From NCBI GenBank assembly GCA_017394835.1, contig JAFPXD010000003.1, positions 13,691 to 77,690 of the forward strand: DNA of 64,000 bases, in the 5' to 3' direction. Made by a program: the position numbers and the translations under genes. Under the pieces are notes generated by a model. That model did not search any database, was not told where the DNA came from, and saw nothing but the letters and a program-made list of their open reading frames with translations. Below are positions 43,800-52,975 of this stretch, in pieces. The stretch comes from Clostridia bacterium (GTDB lineage: Bacteria; Bacillota; Clostridia; Christensenellales; CAG-138). Positions within the stretch are counted from its first letter, which is position 1; each line of letters opens with the position of its first letter.

Positions 43800-46322
43800 A
43801 TGGGTATAAGGATAGCCCTTGCGGGCAACCCCAACAGCGGTAAAACCACGCTGTTCAACGCGCTGACCGGCTCAAACCAGTTCGTTGGAAACTGGCCGGG
43901 CGTTACGGTCGAAAAGAAGGAAGGCAAGCTCAAAAAGCACGACGAAGTTACCATCACCGACCTTCCCGGCATCTACTCCCTCTCCCCCTATACTTTGGAG
44001 GAAGTCGTTGCCAGGGATTACCTCATCAAGGAGCGCCCCGATGCGATCCTCAATATCGTTGACGGCACCAACCTCGAAAGGAACCTCTACCTCACGACCC
44101 AGCTCACGGAGCTCGGCATACCGGTAGTCGTCGCCGTCAATATGATGGACATCGTCAAAAAGGAAGGCGACAAGATCAATATTGCCGAGCTTTCCCGCCA
44201 GATAGGCTGCAAGGTAGTTGAGATCTCCGCGCTTCGTGAAACGGGCGTCAAGGATGCCGCCGAGGCCGCGATAGAGGCGGCTCATCACGGCAAAACCATT
44301 CCTCAGCACACCTTCTCCGGCACGGTCGAGCACGCGCTCGCACACATCGAGGAGGCTGTCGTTCACGATATGCCCGAGGAGCAGCAGCGCTGGTACGCTA
44401 TAAAGATATTCGAACGTGATGAAAAGGTGCTTGAGCAGATGCAGATCCCCTCGGCCACCCTTGAGCATATCGAAAAGGATATCCAAGCGGCGGAAAAGGA
44501 GCTCGACGACGACGCGGAATCGATAATCACCAACGAGCGCTACGTCTATATCGCCGAAGTCACAAGGGCCTGCTATAAGAAGAAGAGGGAAAACAAGCTC
44601 ACAAAGAGCGATAAGATCGACAAGGTCGTTACTAACCGCTGGCTGGGTCTTCCCATATTCGCGCTCGTCATGTTCCTCGTTTACTACATCGCGATGGTCA
44701 CGGTAGGCGCTTCCGCCACCGACTGGGCTAACGACGGCCTCTTCGGCGACAGCGGCTATCACCTGTTCGGCATAGGCTCCAAGGCGGCCGAAGAAAAGGC
44801 CGGCGATTTTGAGGCGGCGACGAACGCGCTCGCGGCCTACGGCTTCGAATTCGATCTTGAGGATGAGGAGTTCGATTCCGCCGCTCTTCTTTCCGAGATC
44901 AAAGCCTTCACCTCCTCGGAAGCTTCCGCAAAGACCGAGGTAACGGACGATGAAACGCTTGAAGTCTCCGAACTGACCGTTTATTACGATACCATCCCCG
45001 GGGATGCGGATGAGGAAGAGACGAACGCTATGACCTTCAAGGACGCCGTCGCCTACTTCGAGGAGAAGGGCTTTGAGGAGCCCGATCCCGCGGAGGACGG
45101 CGTTTGGGTGCCGAGCATCCCCGCGCTCATAGACAAGGCGCTGCTCGACGAGGAAGGCAATACAAGGGTCCCCGAATGGCTCTACGGCCTCATTCAGAAC
45201 GGTATCGTCGCGGGCGTCGGCGCAGTGCTGGGCTTCGTTCCCCAGATGCTCGTGCTGTTCTTCCTGCTCGCGATACTCGAAGGCTGCGGCTACATGGCGC
45301 GTATCGCATTCGTGCTTGACCGTATTTTCAGGCGTTTCGGTCTTTCCGGCAAATCGTTCATCCCGATGCTCATCGGCACCGGCTGCGGTATCCCCGGCAT
45401 AATGGCCTCGCGAACGATCGAAAACGAGCGCGACCGCCGTATGACGATAATGACGACCACGTTCATCCCCTGCGGCGCAAAGCTCCCGTTCATTGCCATG
45501 ATCGCGGGCGCGCTGTTCGGCAAATCCCCGCTGATCGCCGTTTCTGCTTACTTCATAGGCATGGCTGCGATAATCGTTTCCGGCATAATGCTCAAGAAGA
45601 CCAAGCGCTTCGCAGGCGAGCCCGCTCCCTTCGTTATGGAGCTGCCCGCATACCATCTGCCCACGCTTAAGAACGTGCTCCGCTCCACCTGGGAGCGCGG
45701 CTGGTCGTTCATTAAGAAGGCGGGCACCATAATCCTGCTCTCCACCATAGTTGTTTGGTTCACCTCGTTCTTCGGCTGGGTCGATGGGACCTTCCGCATG
45801 CTTGCCGAGGAGGAGATGGAGCATTCGATCCTCGCCTATATAGGCAAGGGCGTCGCGTGGATATTCGCTCCCTTGGGCTGGGGCCATTGGAAGGCGGCCG
45901 TCGCCTCCGTCACGGGCCTCGTTGCGAAGGAGAACATCGTCGGCACGATGGGCATACTCTACGGCGGCTGGCCCAATATCGCCGCTGCGTTCGAAACGAA
46001 GATCGCGGGCTTCTCGTTCCTCGTGTTCAACCTGCTCTGCGCACCCTGCTTTGCGGCTATGGGCGCGATCAAGCGCGAAATGAACAACCGCGGCTGGACC
46101 TGGTTCGCCATCCTCTATGAGTGCGGCTTCGCCTATGCGATCGCCCTCATGATCAACCAGTTCGGCAACCTCGTGACCGGCAATCTTGCGACCGGCGCGG
46201 GAACTGCCGTTAACATCGTCAGCCTCATTGCCGCCTTTGCGCTGCTGGGCGTCATGATCTACATGCTGTTCATCAGGAAGTACAAGGAGGCCACCAAGCT
46301 GACTCAGGACGTCAAAATCTGA
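43800..46322 (+). CDS. feoB: Ferrous iron transporter FeoB (840 aa, with ~150-aa acidic insertion in the first extracytoplasmic loop)
   Basis: It has the G-domain motifs GNPNSGKTTLFNALTG, DLPG and NMMD, followed by a polytopic membrane domain with two gate-like regions. An acidic segment at about aa 311-460 lies between TM1 and TM2. Confidence 0.95.
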   Translation: MGIRIALAGNPNSGKTTLFNALTGSNQFVGNWPGVTVEKKEGKLKKHDEVTITDLPGIYSLSPYTLEEVVARDYLIKERPDAILNIVDGTNLERNLYLTTQLTELGIPVVVAVNMMDIVKKEGDKINIAELSRQIGCKVVEISALRETGVKDAAEAAIEAAHHGKTIPQHTFSGTVEHALAHIEEAVVHDMPEEQQRWYAIKIFERDEKVLEQMQIPSATLEHIEKDIQAAEKELDDDAESIITNERYVYIAEVTRACYKKKRENKLTKSDKIDKVVTNRWLGLPIFALVMFLVYYIAMVTVGASATDWANDGLFGDSGYHLFGIGSKAAEEKAGDFEAATNALAAYGFEFDLEDEEFDSAALLSEIKAFTSSEASAKTEVTDDETLEVSELTVYYDTIPGDADEEETNAMTFKDAVAYFEEKGFEEPDPAEDGVWVPSIPALIDKALLDEEGNTRVPEWLYGLIQNGIVAGVGAVLGFVPQMLVLFFLLAILEGCGYMARIAFVLDRIFRRFGLSGKSFIPMLIGTGCGIPGIMASRTIENERDRRMTIMTTTFIPCGAKLPFIAMIAGALFGKSPLIAVSAYFIGMAAIIVSGIMLKKTKRFAGEPAPFVMELPAYHLPTLKNVLRSTWERGWSFIKKAGTIILLSTIVVWFTSFFGWVDGTFRMLAEEEMEHSILAYIGKGVAWIFAPLGWGHWKAAVASVTGLVAKENIVGTMGILYGGWPNIAAAFETKIAGFSFLVFNLLCAPCFAAMGAIKREMNNRGWTWFAILYECGFAYAIALMINQFGNLVTGNLATGAGTAVNIVSLIAAFALLGVMIYMLFIRKYKEATKLTQDVKI

Positions 46323-46352
46323 AAAGGATAAACGGAAAGGAGTGCGGTCAAT

Positions 46353-46526
46353 ATGTTTGAATGGATCGCGGAAAACGCGGCGACGATCATAGCGGCCGCC
46401 GCGGTACTGATCGCAGTCGGGCTTGCAGCATTCTCGCTTGTGAAGCAGAAAAAGAGCAAGAAGGGCGGCTGCACGGGAAATTGCGCGGCTTGCGGCGGGT
46501 GCTGCCCGTACAGCAAGAACAAATAA
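46353..46526 (+). CDS. FeoB-associated Cys-rich small membrane protein (57 aa; not in the ORF track)
   Basis: The sequence MFEWIAENAATIIAAAAVLIAVGLAAFSLVKQKKSKKGGCTGNCAACGGCCPYSKNK has one TM helix and a CxxxCxxCxxCC tail. RBS GGAAAGGAG lies 11 nt upstream. It starts 30 nt after the feoB stop. Confidence 0.75.
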   Translation: MFEWIAENAATIIAAAAVLIAVGLAAFSLVKQKKSKKGGCTGNCAACGGCCPYSKNK

Positions 46527-46546
46527 GCTCCTGATAAAGTACATGG

Positions 46547-46572
46547 AAAAAGCACGGGCGACCGTGCTTTTT
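46547..46572. terminator. Bidirectional intrinsic terminator (feo operon + / udg -)
   Basis: The sequence AAAAAGCACGG-GCGA-CCGTGCTTTTT has A and T runs on both sides. Confidence 0.85.
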
Positions 46573-46615
46573 CATATCCGTATCGTCTTTTCCTTTTACC
46601 CGGGCTTCCCGGGGC

Positions 46616-47236
46616 TCATATCCTGCTGCGCAGCTCCTCTGCATACCGGCCCAAAGCCTTAAGATCCTCCTCAAGGACGGGCCTCAATTCCTTGCGGTAG
46701 ATGCAGGCGGCGGGATGATAGAGCGGGAAGAGCCTTCTCACGGCTCCGCCTATTGCGGCCTGCATTGCGCAGCCGTGCCTCTCCCCCACCTTCATCGGAT
46801 CGATCCTTCCGCGGATCAGGCGTGAAACTGCGGAAAGGGGCACGTTGCCGAGGGTCGCGATTATTACGGGATCGACAGTCTCTATTTCGAATTTAAGGAG
46901 GCTCAGGCCATCGACTATTTCCAGCTCAGTGGGGGTCCTGTTGGATGCGCGGCCGTTTTTGATATTGGTCGGGCGATATTTTACCGCGTTGGTAACGAAC
47001 GCTTCCTCACGCTTTATCCCCGCGAGATCGAGCATCTCGTCAAGCTGCTTCCCCGCCTTGCCTACGAACGGCCTGCCGCGCTCGGCTTCCTCACGCCCCG
47101 GCGCCTCCCCTATAAACATAATAAGGGGCGATACTTCGCATCCCTCGCCGAAAACGGGATGCTCGAGATCGGCGCTGTACTTGAGCTTCAGCTCATTTAT
47201 TCTTTCAAATTCAGTCGCGTATCTTGCCTTGAGCAT
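46616..47236 (-). CDS. udg: Uracil-DNA glycosylase, family 4/5 type
   Basis: Motifs seen: FGEGCEVSPLIMFIGEAPGREEAERGRPFVGKAGKQLD, AFVTNAVKYRP, and a C-terminal HPAA. The start was trimmed to ATG 47236 (GGAGG RBS). Confidence 0.85.
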   Translation of the reverse strand: MLKARYATEFERINELKLKYSADLEHPVFGEGCEVSPLIMFIGEAPGREEAERGRPFVGKAGKQLDEMLDLAGIKREEAFVTNAVKYRPTNIKNGRASNRTPTELEIVDGLSLLKFEIETVDPVIIATLGNVPLSAVSRLIRGRIDPMKVGERHGCAMQAAIGGAVRRLFPLYHPAACIYRKELRPVLEEDLKALGRYAEELRSRI

Positions 47237-47341
47237 GGGTAATACCTCCAAACAGCTTATATGGATTGTAATACCGCCCGCCGTTTTTGTCAAGTACGGC
47301 GATATATTCTGAATTGATGGTAAAAAAAGGCCTTTTAGCTG

Positions 47342-47370
47342 TTGACAACCGCCTAAGGAATCATTATAAT
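47342..47370 (+). promoter_or_regulatory. Consensus promoter of rpsU
   Basis: TTGACA (47342-47347), 17 nt, TATAAT (47365-47370). Confidence 0.7.
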
Positions 47371-47436
47371 AGGAGGGTATTTGAGTTAAGCTCAACGAAA
47401 CGGATGTCCCGCATAAGAGAGGGGGGAAATAGGTCA

Positions 47437-47607
47437 ATGGAAATTCATGTTGGTGAAAATGAATCCCTGGAGAGCGCCCTCAAGCGTTGGAAGCGTAAGT
47501 GCGCCCGCTCCGGTATCCTTGCTGATGCAAGGCGTCGCGAACATTATGAAAAGCCCAGCGTAAAGCGCAAGAAGAAGGCTGAGGCTGCCAGGAAGCGCAA
47601 GTATTGA
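47437..47607 (+). CDS. rpsU: 30S ribosomal protein S21
   Basis: The sequence is [56 protein letters not shown] (56 aa). The start was trimmed from the 106-aa ORF-track entry. Confidence 0.95.
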   Translation: MEIHVGENESLESALKRWKRKCARSGILADARRREHYEKPSVKRKKKAEAARKRKY

Positions 47608-47621
47608 TCTTATTGACAAAT

Positions 47622-47648
47622 AAGCTCATCCATTTGGATGAGCTTTTT
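47622..47648. terminator. Intrinsic terminator between rpsU (+) and hemZ (-)
   Basis: The hairpin AAGCTCATCC-ATTT-GGATGAGCTT is followed by TTTGTTT, with an A-rich run upstream. Confidence 0.85.
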
Positions 47649-47669
47649 GTTTATATGCAGTCTTTCATC

Positions 47670-49121
47670 TCACAGCGAAAAGAGTTCTTCCCTCTCCGCG
47701 TTGGTCTGCTCGATCTTTCGGATATATGTATCTATATCCTTCGGATTGGGAACGCGCTCTATCCTGCCGCCGCCTTCAAATACGCGCTTAGTCATAGCGC
47801 CGGCGCCGTGAGCCAGTATGCTCATGCCGTCCTCCATCATGTCTATATTATAAATGCATATCGAGCCGGACTTCGAATAGCCTACGTTTTCGAGATTGCC
47901 CGCCATGTATTTCTGGCGGTACATATAGTAGGGCTCCATGCCCATTCTCTCGGCGGTCTCATGCCCCATATCGACCATGCGCTCAACGCTTTCCACCGAG
48001 GGGAGATCGTACTCGTCAAGATGCTCGTGGAGCCTTGAGGCTCGCTTTATCGCAAGGGTATGCACGGTAAGGCATTCCGGTGAAAGCGCCTCTGCGGCGC
48101 GGAGAGAGGCCCCAAACGCGGTCTCATCCTCACCGGGGAGCCCCGCGATAAGATCCATATTGACCGAATCAAAGCCTATTCTGCGGACGAGCTCATAGCA
48201 CGCCTCTATATCCGCAGAGGTATGATCGCGCCCAACGAGGCGCAGCGTCCTGTCGCAGAAGGTCTGGGGATTGACGGAGACTCGGCTGACTCCGTGCGCT
48301 TTCATAACGCGGAGCTTTTCTTCCGTTATGGTATCTGGCCTGCCGGCTTCTACGGTGAACTCACGGCCGCGGGTATCGTAGCAGGCGCATATCTTATCAA
48401 GAAGCTCGTCAAGCTCCCGCTCGGTCAATATGGTGGGTGTGCCGCCGCCCATATAGAACGACCTTGCTTTGAGCCCGTGCGCCTCAGCCATGGCCGAGCC
48501 CAGCTCAATATCGCGATGCAGGGCTTCAAGATATGCCGCCATATCGGTCTTTTTTGTGCGTATCTGTGAGGCGAAAGAGCAGTAAAGACAGCGCGTCCTG
48601 CAGAAAGGGACGCCAATATAGACTCCGAATTCATCGGGGCGCGCGCTTTCGATAACGGGTCGCTGTATGCGGTCTATCCTTTCGGCAAGGAGGAATTTAT
48701 CATACGATACGTCGAATTCTTCGAGCATCAGCCTTTTTGCTTCCTCATAGCCTTCGGTCGAAATAAGCTCGCGCAGGAGTCTCGTCGGGCGGATCCCCGT
48801 GAGCGAGCCCCAAGGTATGAGCTTTTTCGGGAACGCCTTGCGCATTGCTCTGAAGCAGGCCGCCTTCATACAGCGCTTCGCATAGCGGCGCTCTATCACT
48901 TCCGAACCGCCCCTGTACGGAGTGCGGTGGGTATATGAATACTCCCCCTCGTCACAGCGATAAACAGCGCTCGCGTCAAAATACTCGCCCGTGCTCAGCA
49001 TAAGGGAAAGGGAGCCGTCCTCCTCCCCGCCCTCCATCGTTATTTCGGCGCGCGGAAGGAAGAGACGGATCTCCTCACAAATATCGTTATAGAATTCGGG
49101 TCTGTTGGTAATGAGCTTCAT
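47670..49121 (-). CDS. hemZ: HemN-like radical SAM protein, HemZ-type coproporphyrinogen dehydrogenase family
   Basis: It has the radical-SAM motif GVPFCRTRCLYCSF in the middle of a 483-aa protein, with a long N-terminal extension typical of HemZ-like proteins. Confidence 0.7.
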   Translation of the reverse strand: MKLITNRPEFYNDICEEIRLFLPRAEITMEGGEEDGSLSLMLSTGEYFDASAVYRCDEGEYSYTHRTPYRGGSEVIERRYAKRCMKAACFRAMRKAFPKKLIPWGSLTGIRPTRLLRELISTEGYEEAKRLMLEEFDVSYDKFLLAERIDRIQRPVIESARPDEFGVYIGVPFCRTRCLYCSFASQIRTKKTDMAAYLEALHRDIELGSAMAEAHGLKARSFYMGGGTPTILTERELDELLDKICACYDTRGREFTVEAGRPDTITEEKLRVMKAHGVSRVSVNPQTFCDRTLRLVGRDHTSADIEACYELVRRIGFDSVNMDLIAGLPGEDETAFGASLRAAEALSPECLTVHTLAIKRASRLHEHLDEYDLPSVESVERMVDMGHETAERMGMEPYYMYRQKYMAGNLENVGYSKSGSICIYNIDMMEDGMSILAHGAGAMTKRVFEGGGRIERVPNPKDIDTYIRKIEQTNAEREELFSL

Positions 49122-49768
49122 TCGTACATTCCGCCCCTTGCGCAGGGATTGTATTTGCGTTCGTATTCGAGAGTGGTCTCGCCCTCATGCCCGGGAAGCA
49201 CGCGGTAATCGCCCTTCAGCGTAAAGAGCTTGTAGATGATAGAATCAAGCAGCATGCCCGTATCGCCTCCGGGAAGATCCGTTCTCCCCATGCTGAGGCG
49301 GAAGAGCGTATCTCCGGAGAATATCACGCGCTCGTCATCCAGTATGTAGCATACGCCGCCCATTGTATGACCGGGAGTGTGAACGGCGCGGAAACGGACC
49401 CCCGCCTCCTCGATAACGGAGCCGTCCTCAACGAATACATCCACCTCGGAAGGATCCACCTTTACGCCTATCATTGCGGCGAGGCTTGCGCTGTTATCGC
49501 CCAAAGCGGGCGCGTCGAGCTTGTTTATATAGATCTTCGCCCCCGTCTGTTCCTTCAGGCGGGCAACGCCCATTATATGATCGAAATGCCCGTGGGTCAG
49601 CAGTATGGCCTTCAAAACGAGGCCGTTTGCATTGAGAAAGCCCATCACCTTTGCGGAATTTGCGGGATCTATCACAACGCAGTCGAAGGGGGCATTATCC
49701 CCCTCCCTCCATACTATATAGGTATTGACCGCAAGCGGGCCTGTGTGGATGCATCTGATATTAAGCAT
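49118..49768 (-). CDS. MBL-fold metallo-hydrolase (glyoxalase-II-like)
   Basis: The THGHFDH motif, downstream HTPGHT and the 216 aa length fit this family. Confidence 0.85.
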   Translation of the reverse strand: MLNIRCIHTGPLAVNTYIVWREGDNAPFDCVVIDPANSAKVMGFLNANGLVLKAILLTHGHFDHIMGVARLKEQTGAKIYINKLDAPALGDNSASLAAMIGVKVDPSEVDVFVEDGSVIEEAGVRFRAVHTPGHTMGGVCYILDDERVIFSGDTLFRLSMGRTDLPGGDTGMLLDSIIYKLFTLKGDYRVLPGHEGETTLEYERKYNPCARGGMYE

Positions 49769-49778
49769 TTAGCGCCTT

Positions 49779-50225
49779 TCAAAACTGTTTTTTGCTGTCA
49801 AGAAGGATCGTAACGGGGCCGTCGTTCACGAGCGAGACCTGCATATCGGCCCCGAAAATGCCCGTTGCAACGGGAAATTTCTTCGAAAGCTCCGCCACCG
49901 TGTATTCATAAAGGGGCACAGCCTTTTCGGGGAGGGCCGCTTCTGTGAACGAAGGACGATTGCCGTGGCGCGCATCGCCGTAAAGGGTGAATTGGGATAC
50001 GATGAGCAGCTCGCCGCCAACTTCCGAAAGGGAAAGGTTCATCTTGCCCGCCTCGTCCTCGAACACGCGGAGCCCGGAGATCTTCTTTATGATGTAATCG
50101 GCGTCCGCCTTTTCATCGGATAAATGAATGCCGAGCAGCACAAGAAATCCCCTTCCTATGCTGCCCACAGTTTTTCCTTCTATTGAAACGCCGCATTGGG
50201 CTGTTCTTTGAACGACTGCTCTCAT
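49779..50225 (-). CDS. dtd: D-aminoacyl-tRNA deacylase
   Basis: The sequence MRAVVQR…[10 protein letters not shown]…SQFTLYGD…GNRPSF has the conserved Dtd motifs. The protein is 148 aa. Confidence 0.93.
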   Translation of the reverse strand: MRAVVQRTAQCGVSIEGKTVGSIGRGFLVLLGIHLSDEKADADYIIKKISGLRVFEDEAGKMNLSLSEVGGELLIVSQFTLYGDARHGNRPSFTEAALPEKAVPLYEYTVAELSKKFPVATGIFGADMQVSLVNDGPVTILLDSKKQF

Positions 50226-52399
50226 TACGCGTGGATCATATTGGTGCGTTCGACCAGCTCAACGGAATCCAGCTTTTCTATGGCGCGGATCATGTTCTGG
50301 AGCTGGAGCGAATCGCGAACGTCGAAAGTGATGCTTATATCGACCTTGGAGCCCGCCGATTTCGCATTAAGATATTTCGTGTTGATATGAAGGCTCAGCA
50401 GGAGCTGTGTTATTTCCATCATAATGCCCGCCTTCTCGCGCGAGATCACGTGGATAGTGACCGGGAAGGTATGGGTACTGTCCGTCACCCACTCGACGGG
50501 AACGATGCGCTCAACGTCGAGCATGAGCGTTTCGGCGTTCGGGCAGTCCTTCCTGTGGATGGAAACGCCCCTGCCCCTTGTGATATAGCCGAATATCTCG
50601 TCGCCGGGAACGGGAGTGCAGCAGCGGGCGAAATGCACGACCATATCATGCTGCCCCTTTACGACGACTCCCCTGCCCTGTTCGTCGAAGCTTTCGCGCT
50701 GTTCCTCCTTTTCCTGCAGGCGCTGTTCGAGCTCCGCGGCCTTTTCGGCCTTTCGGTATTCCTCCATCAGCCTGTGGAGCACCTGCCCGGTGGTCATTCC
50801 GCCGTAGCCTATCGCGGCATAAACGTCGTCAATATCGTTCAGCGTAAAGCGCTTCAGGAGCGGGGCGCAGAATTCGGGCTTTATGAGGTCGGCCAGCTTC
50901 TTGCCCTGGCGCTTCGCCGCCTCGGTAAGCATATCGCGGCCCCTTACGATATTCTCCTCCCTGTTCGCCTTTTTGAACCATTGGCGTATCTTCGTCTTTG
51001 CCTGGGAGGTCTTTGCGTAATTGATCCAATCCCTTCCGGGGGAGGACTGCTGATTTGTGATTATCTCAACAACGTCATGGGTGCGGAGCTTGTGATCGAG
51101 CTTAACGAGCGCGCCGTTCACCTTGACGTGCTGGATATGGTTGCCTACGTTAGTGTGGATGCGGTAAGCGAAGTCGATGGGCGTGGAGCCCGCGGGAAGG
51201 TCGATTATCTCACCGGTGGGGGTAAGCACGTAAACGTAATCGGAAAAGAAATCCTTGCGGATGTTTTCTATGAATTCACGGGTAGAATCGGCGTCGCCCT
51301 CGTAATTCAAAAGATCGCGCACCCACGCGAGCTTGCTGTCAAGCTCATCCGGCCTCGCCTTGCCTTCTTTATAAAGCCAATGCGCCGCAACGCCGTATTC
51401 GGCGGTACGGTGCATTTCCTGAGTCCTTATCTGCACCTCGAACGGCATGCCCATCTCGCTGAAAAGCGTGGTATGGAGCGACCTGTACATATTGGTCTTG
51501 GGCATGGAGATATAGTCCTTGAAGCGGCCGGGGACGGGCTTCCAAATGGAATGGATCACGCCGAGGCTGGCATAACAATCGTTCACCGTGCCGACTATTA
51601 CGCGGATCGCGACAAGATCGTAAATTTCCGAAAGGCCCTTGTTGTTGCGTTTCAGCTTGCGGAAGATGGAATACATGTGCTTCCTTCTGCCGCTGATCTC
51701 ACACTTGATGCCCGCCTGATCGAGGGCGGAAACGATGGTCTTTATTGCGGAATTGAGAAGGCGCATGCGCTCGTTCTGCTGAGGCTCTATAAGCGAGCAG
51801 AGGTGGCGGTATTCTTCGGGATACAGGTGCTCGAAGGCAAGATCCTCAAGCTCCGCCTTGATAGCGCCCATACCGAAGCGATCCGCAAGAGGAGCGTAAA
51901 CGTCAAGGGTCTCACGCGCGATCCTCTGCCGCTTTTCAAGGCTGCAGTTGCCGAGGGTGCGCATGTTGTGAAGGCGGTCGGCAAGCTTGATTATAACCAC
52001 GCGCACGTCGTTCGCCATGGCAAGATACATCTTGCGGAGGTTTTCGGCCTGACGGTCCTCCCTCGTCTGGAGGTCGCTCGCGTTGCCGGTCTTGGTGAGC
52101 TTTGTGACGCCGTCCACCATGCCGGCAATATCCTCGCCGAAAAGCTCGGTGAGCTTTTCAACGGTTATGCCTTCGCCATCCTCAACAACGTCGTGCAGAA
52201 GGCCCGCGGCGACGGTATCCGCGTCCATATCCATTTTGGCAAGGGATACGGCTACGGCTTCCGGATGGGTATAATAGGGCTCGCCCGATTCACGCTTCTG
52301 CCCTTCGTGCGCGGCGCGCGCAAAATCGGAGGCGCGCTTGATGAGCTCCACCTTTTCAGGCGAATACTTTTTTTCGCATATAGGCATCAGACGATCCAT
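50225..52399 (-). CDS. rel: Bifunctional (p)ppGpp synthetase/hydrolase (RelA/SpoT homologue)
   Basis: It has the HD hydrolase domain (HPEAVA…LLHDVVED), the synthetase block ([12 protein letters not shown]…DLVAIRVI…SLHTTL), and TGS and ACT-like C-terminal domains. Confidence 0.96.
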   Translation of the reverse strand: MDRLMPICEKKYSPEKVELIKRASDFARAAHEGQKRESGEPYYTHPEAVAVSLAKMDMDADTVAAGLLHDVVEDGEGITVEKLTELFGEDIAGMVDGVTKLTKTGNASDLQTREDRQAENLRKMYLAMANDVRVVIIKLADRLHNMRTLGNCSLEKRQRIARETLDVYAPLADRFGMGAIKAELEDLAFEHLYPEEYRHLCSLIEPQQNERMRLLNSAIKTIVSALDQAGIKCEISGRRKHMYSIFRKLKRNNKGLSEIYDLVAIRVIVGTVNDCYASLGVIHSIWKPVPGRFKDYISMPKTNMYRSLHTTLFSEMGMPFEVQIRTQEMHRTAEYGVAAHWLYKEGKARPDELDSKLAWVRDLLNYEGDADSTREFIENIRKDFFSDYVYVLTPTGEIIDLPAGSTPIDFAYRIHTNVGNHIQHVKVNGALVKLDHKLRTHDVVEIITNQQSSPGRDWINYAKTSQAKTKIRQWFKKANREENIVRGRDMLTEAAKRQGKKLADLIKPEFCAPLLKRFTLNDIDDVYAAIGYGGMTTGQVLHRLMEEYRKAEKAAELEQRLQEKEEQRESFDEQGRGVVVKGQHDMVVHFARCCTPVPGDEIFGYITRGRGVSIHRKDCPNAETLMLDVERIVPVEWVTDSTHTFPVTIHVISREKAGIMMEITQLLLSLHINTKYLNAKSAGSKVDISITFDVRDSLQLQNMIRAIEKLDSVELVERTNMIHA

Positions 52400-52428
52400 C
52401 GGCTCACCCCCTTTCGGTCGGTTTTATA

Positions 52429-52953
52429 TCAGTACTTCATGAAGGACTGCACGTCGTAATCGGCAAGACGCTCGCGCCCGCCGAGATCGGTAAGCTCGAT
52501 CGCGAATACAAGGCCCACCACCTCGGCGCCCATCTCCTCGATGAGCTTTGCGGTGGCAAGGGCGGTGCCGCCGGTGGCAAGCAGATCGTCCGCAATGGCG
52601 ACGCGCATACCGGGCTTGATAGCGTCCTTATGGATCTCAAGCTTATCGCTGCCATACTCAAGACCATAGGAGATGCTGACTGTCTCCGCGGGGAGCTTGC
52701 CGGGCTTTCTTGCAAGGACGAGGCCCGTGTTCAGCGCATAAGCTACGGGAGCGCCGACCACGAAACCCCTCGCTTCGGGGCCAACCACAACATCAACGTT
52801 GAGATCGCGGAGTGAATCCGCCATGGCGGTAATGAGCTCGTTATAAGCGACGGGATCCTTCAGCAGAGTGGTGATGTCGTAAAAGAGTATGCCCTCCTTG
52901 GGAAAATCGGGGATCTCCCTTATGGCGGCTTTGAAATCCTGTTCGGTAAACAT
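52429..52953 (-). CDS. apt: Adenine phosphoribosyltransferase
   Basis: The sequence [21 protein letters not shown]… has the PRPP motif [13 protein letters not shown]. The start was trimmed to ATG 52953 (GGAGG RBS). Confidence 0.95.
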   Translation of the reverse strand: MFTEQDFKAAIREIPDFPKEGILFYDITTLLKDPVAYNELITAMADSLRDLNVDVVVGPEARGFVVGAPVAYALNTGLVLARKPGKLPAETVSISYGLEYGSDKLEIHKDAIKPGMRVAIADDLLATGGTALATAKLIEEMGAEVVGLVFAIELTDLGGRERLADYDVQSFMKY

Positions 52954-52975
52954 ATAAGATACCTCCGAAAAAATA

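Noticed and set aside
43872-46544. An 890-aa ORF antisense to feoB. Similar giant antisense ORFs occur at 50183-52459 opposite rel, 13383-15551 opposite malic enzyme/Ldh_2, 18860-20575 opposite mreD/PBP2, 25380-26933 opposite ogg/buk, 11883-13178 opposite GT2, 22054-23145 opposite GT2-GtrA, and 61248-62894 opposite NlpC/P60.
   Set aside because: Their translations are low-complexity and rich in Arg, Gly, Ala and His, with no recognisable motifs. In every case the opposite strand encodes a protein with unmistakable family signatures. Stop-free antisense frames are expected with strong GC3 bias.
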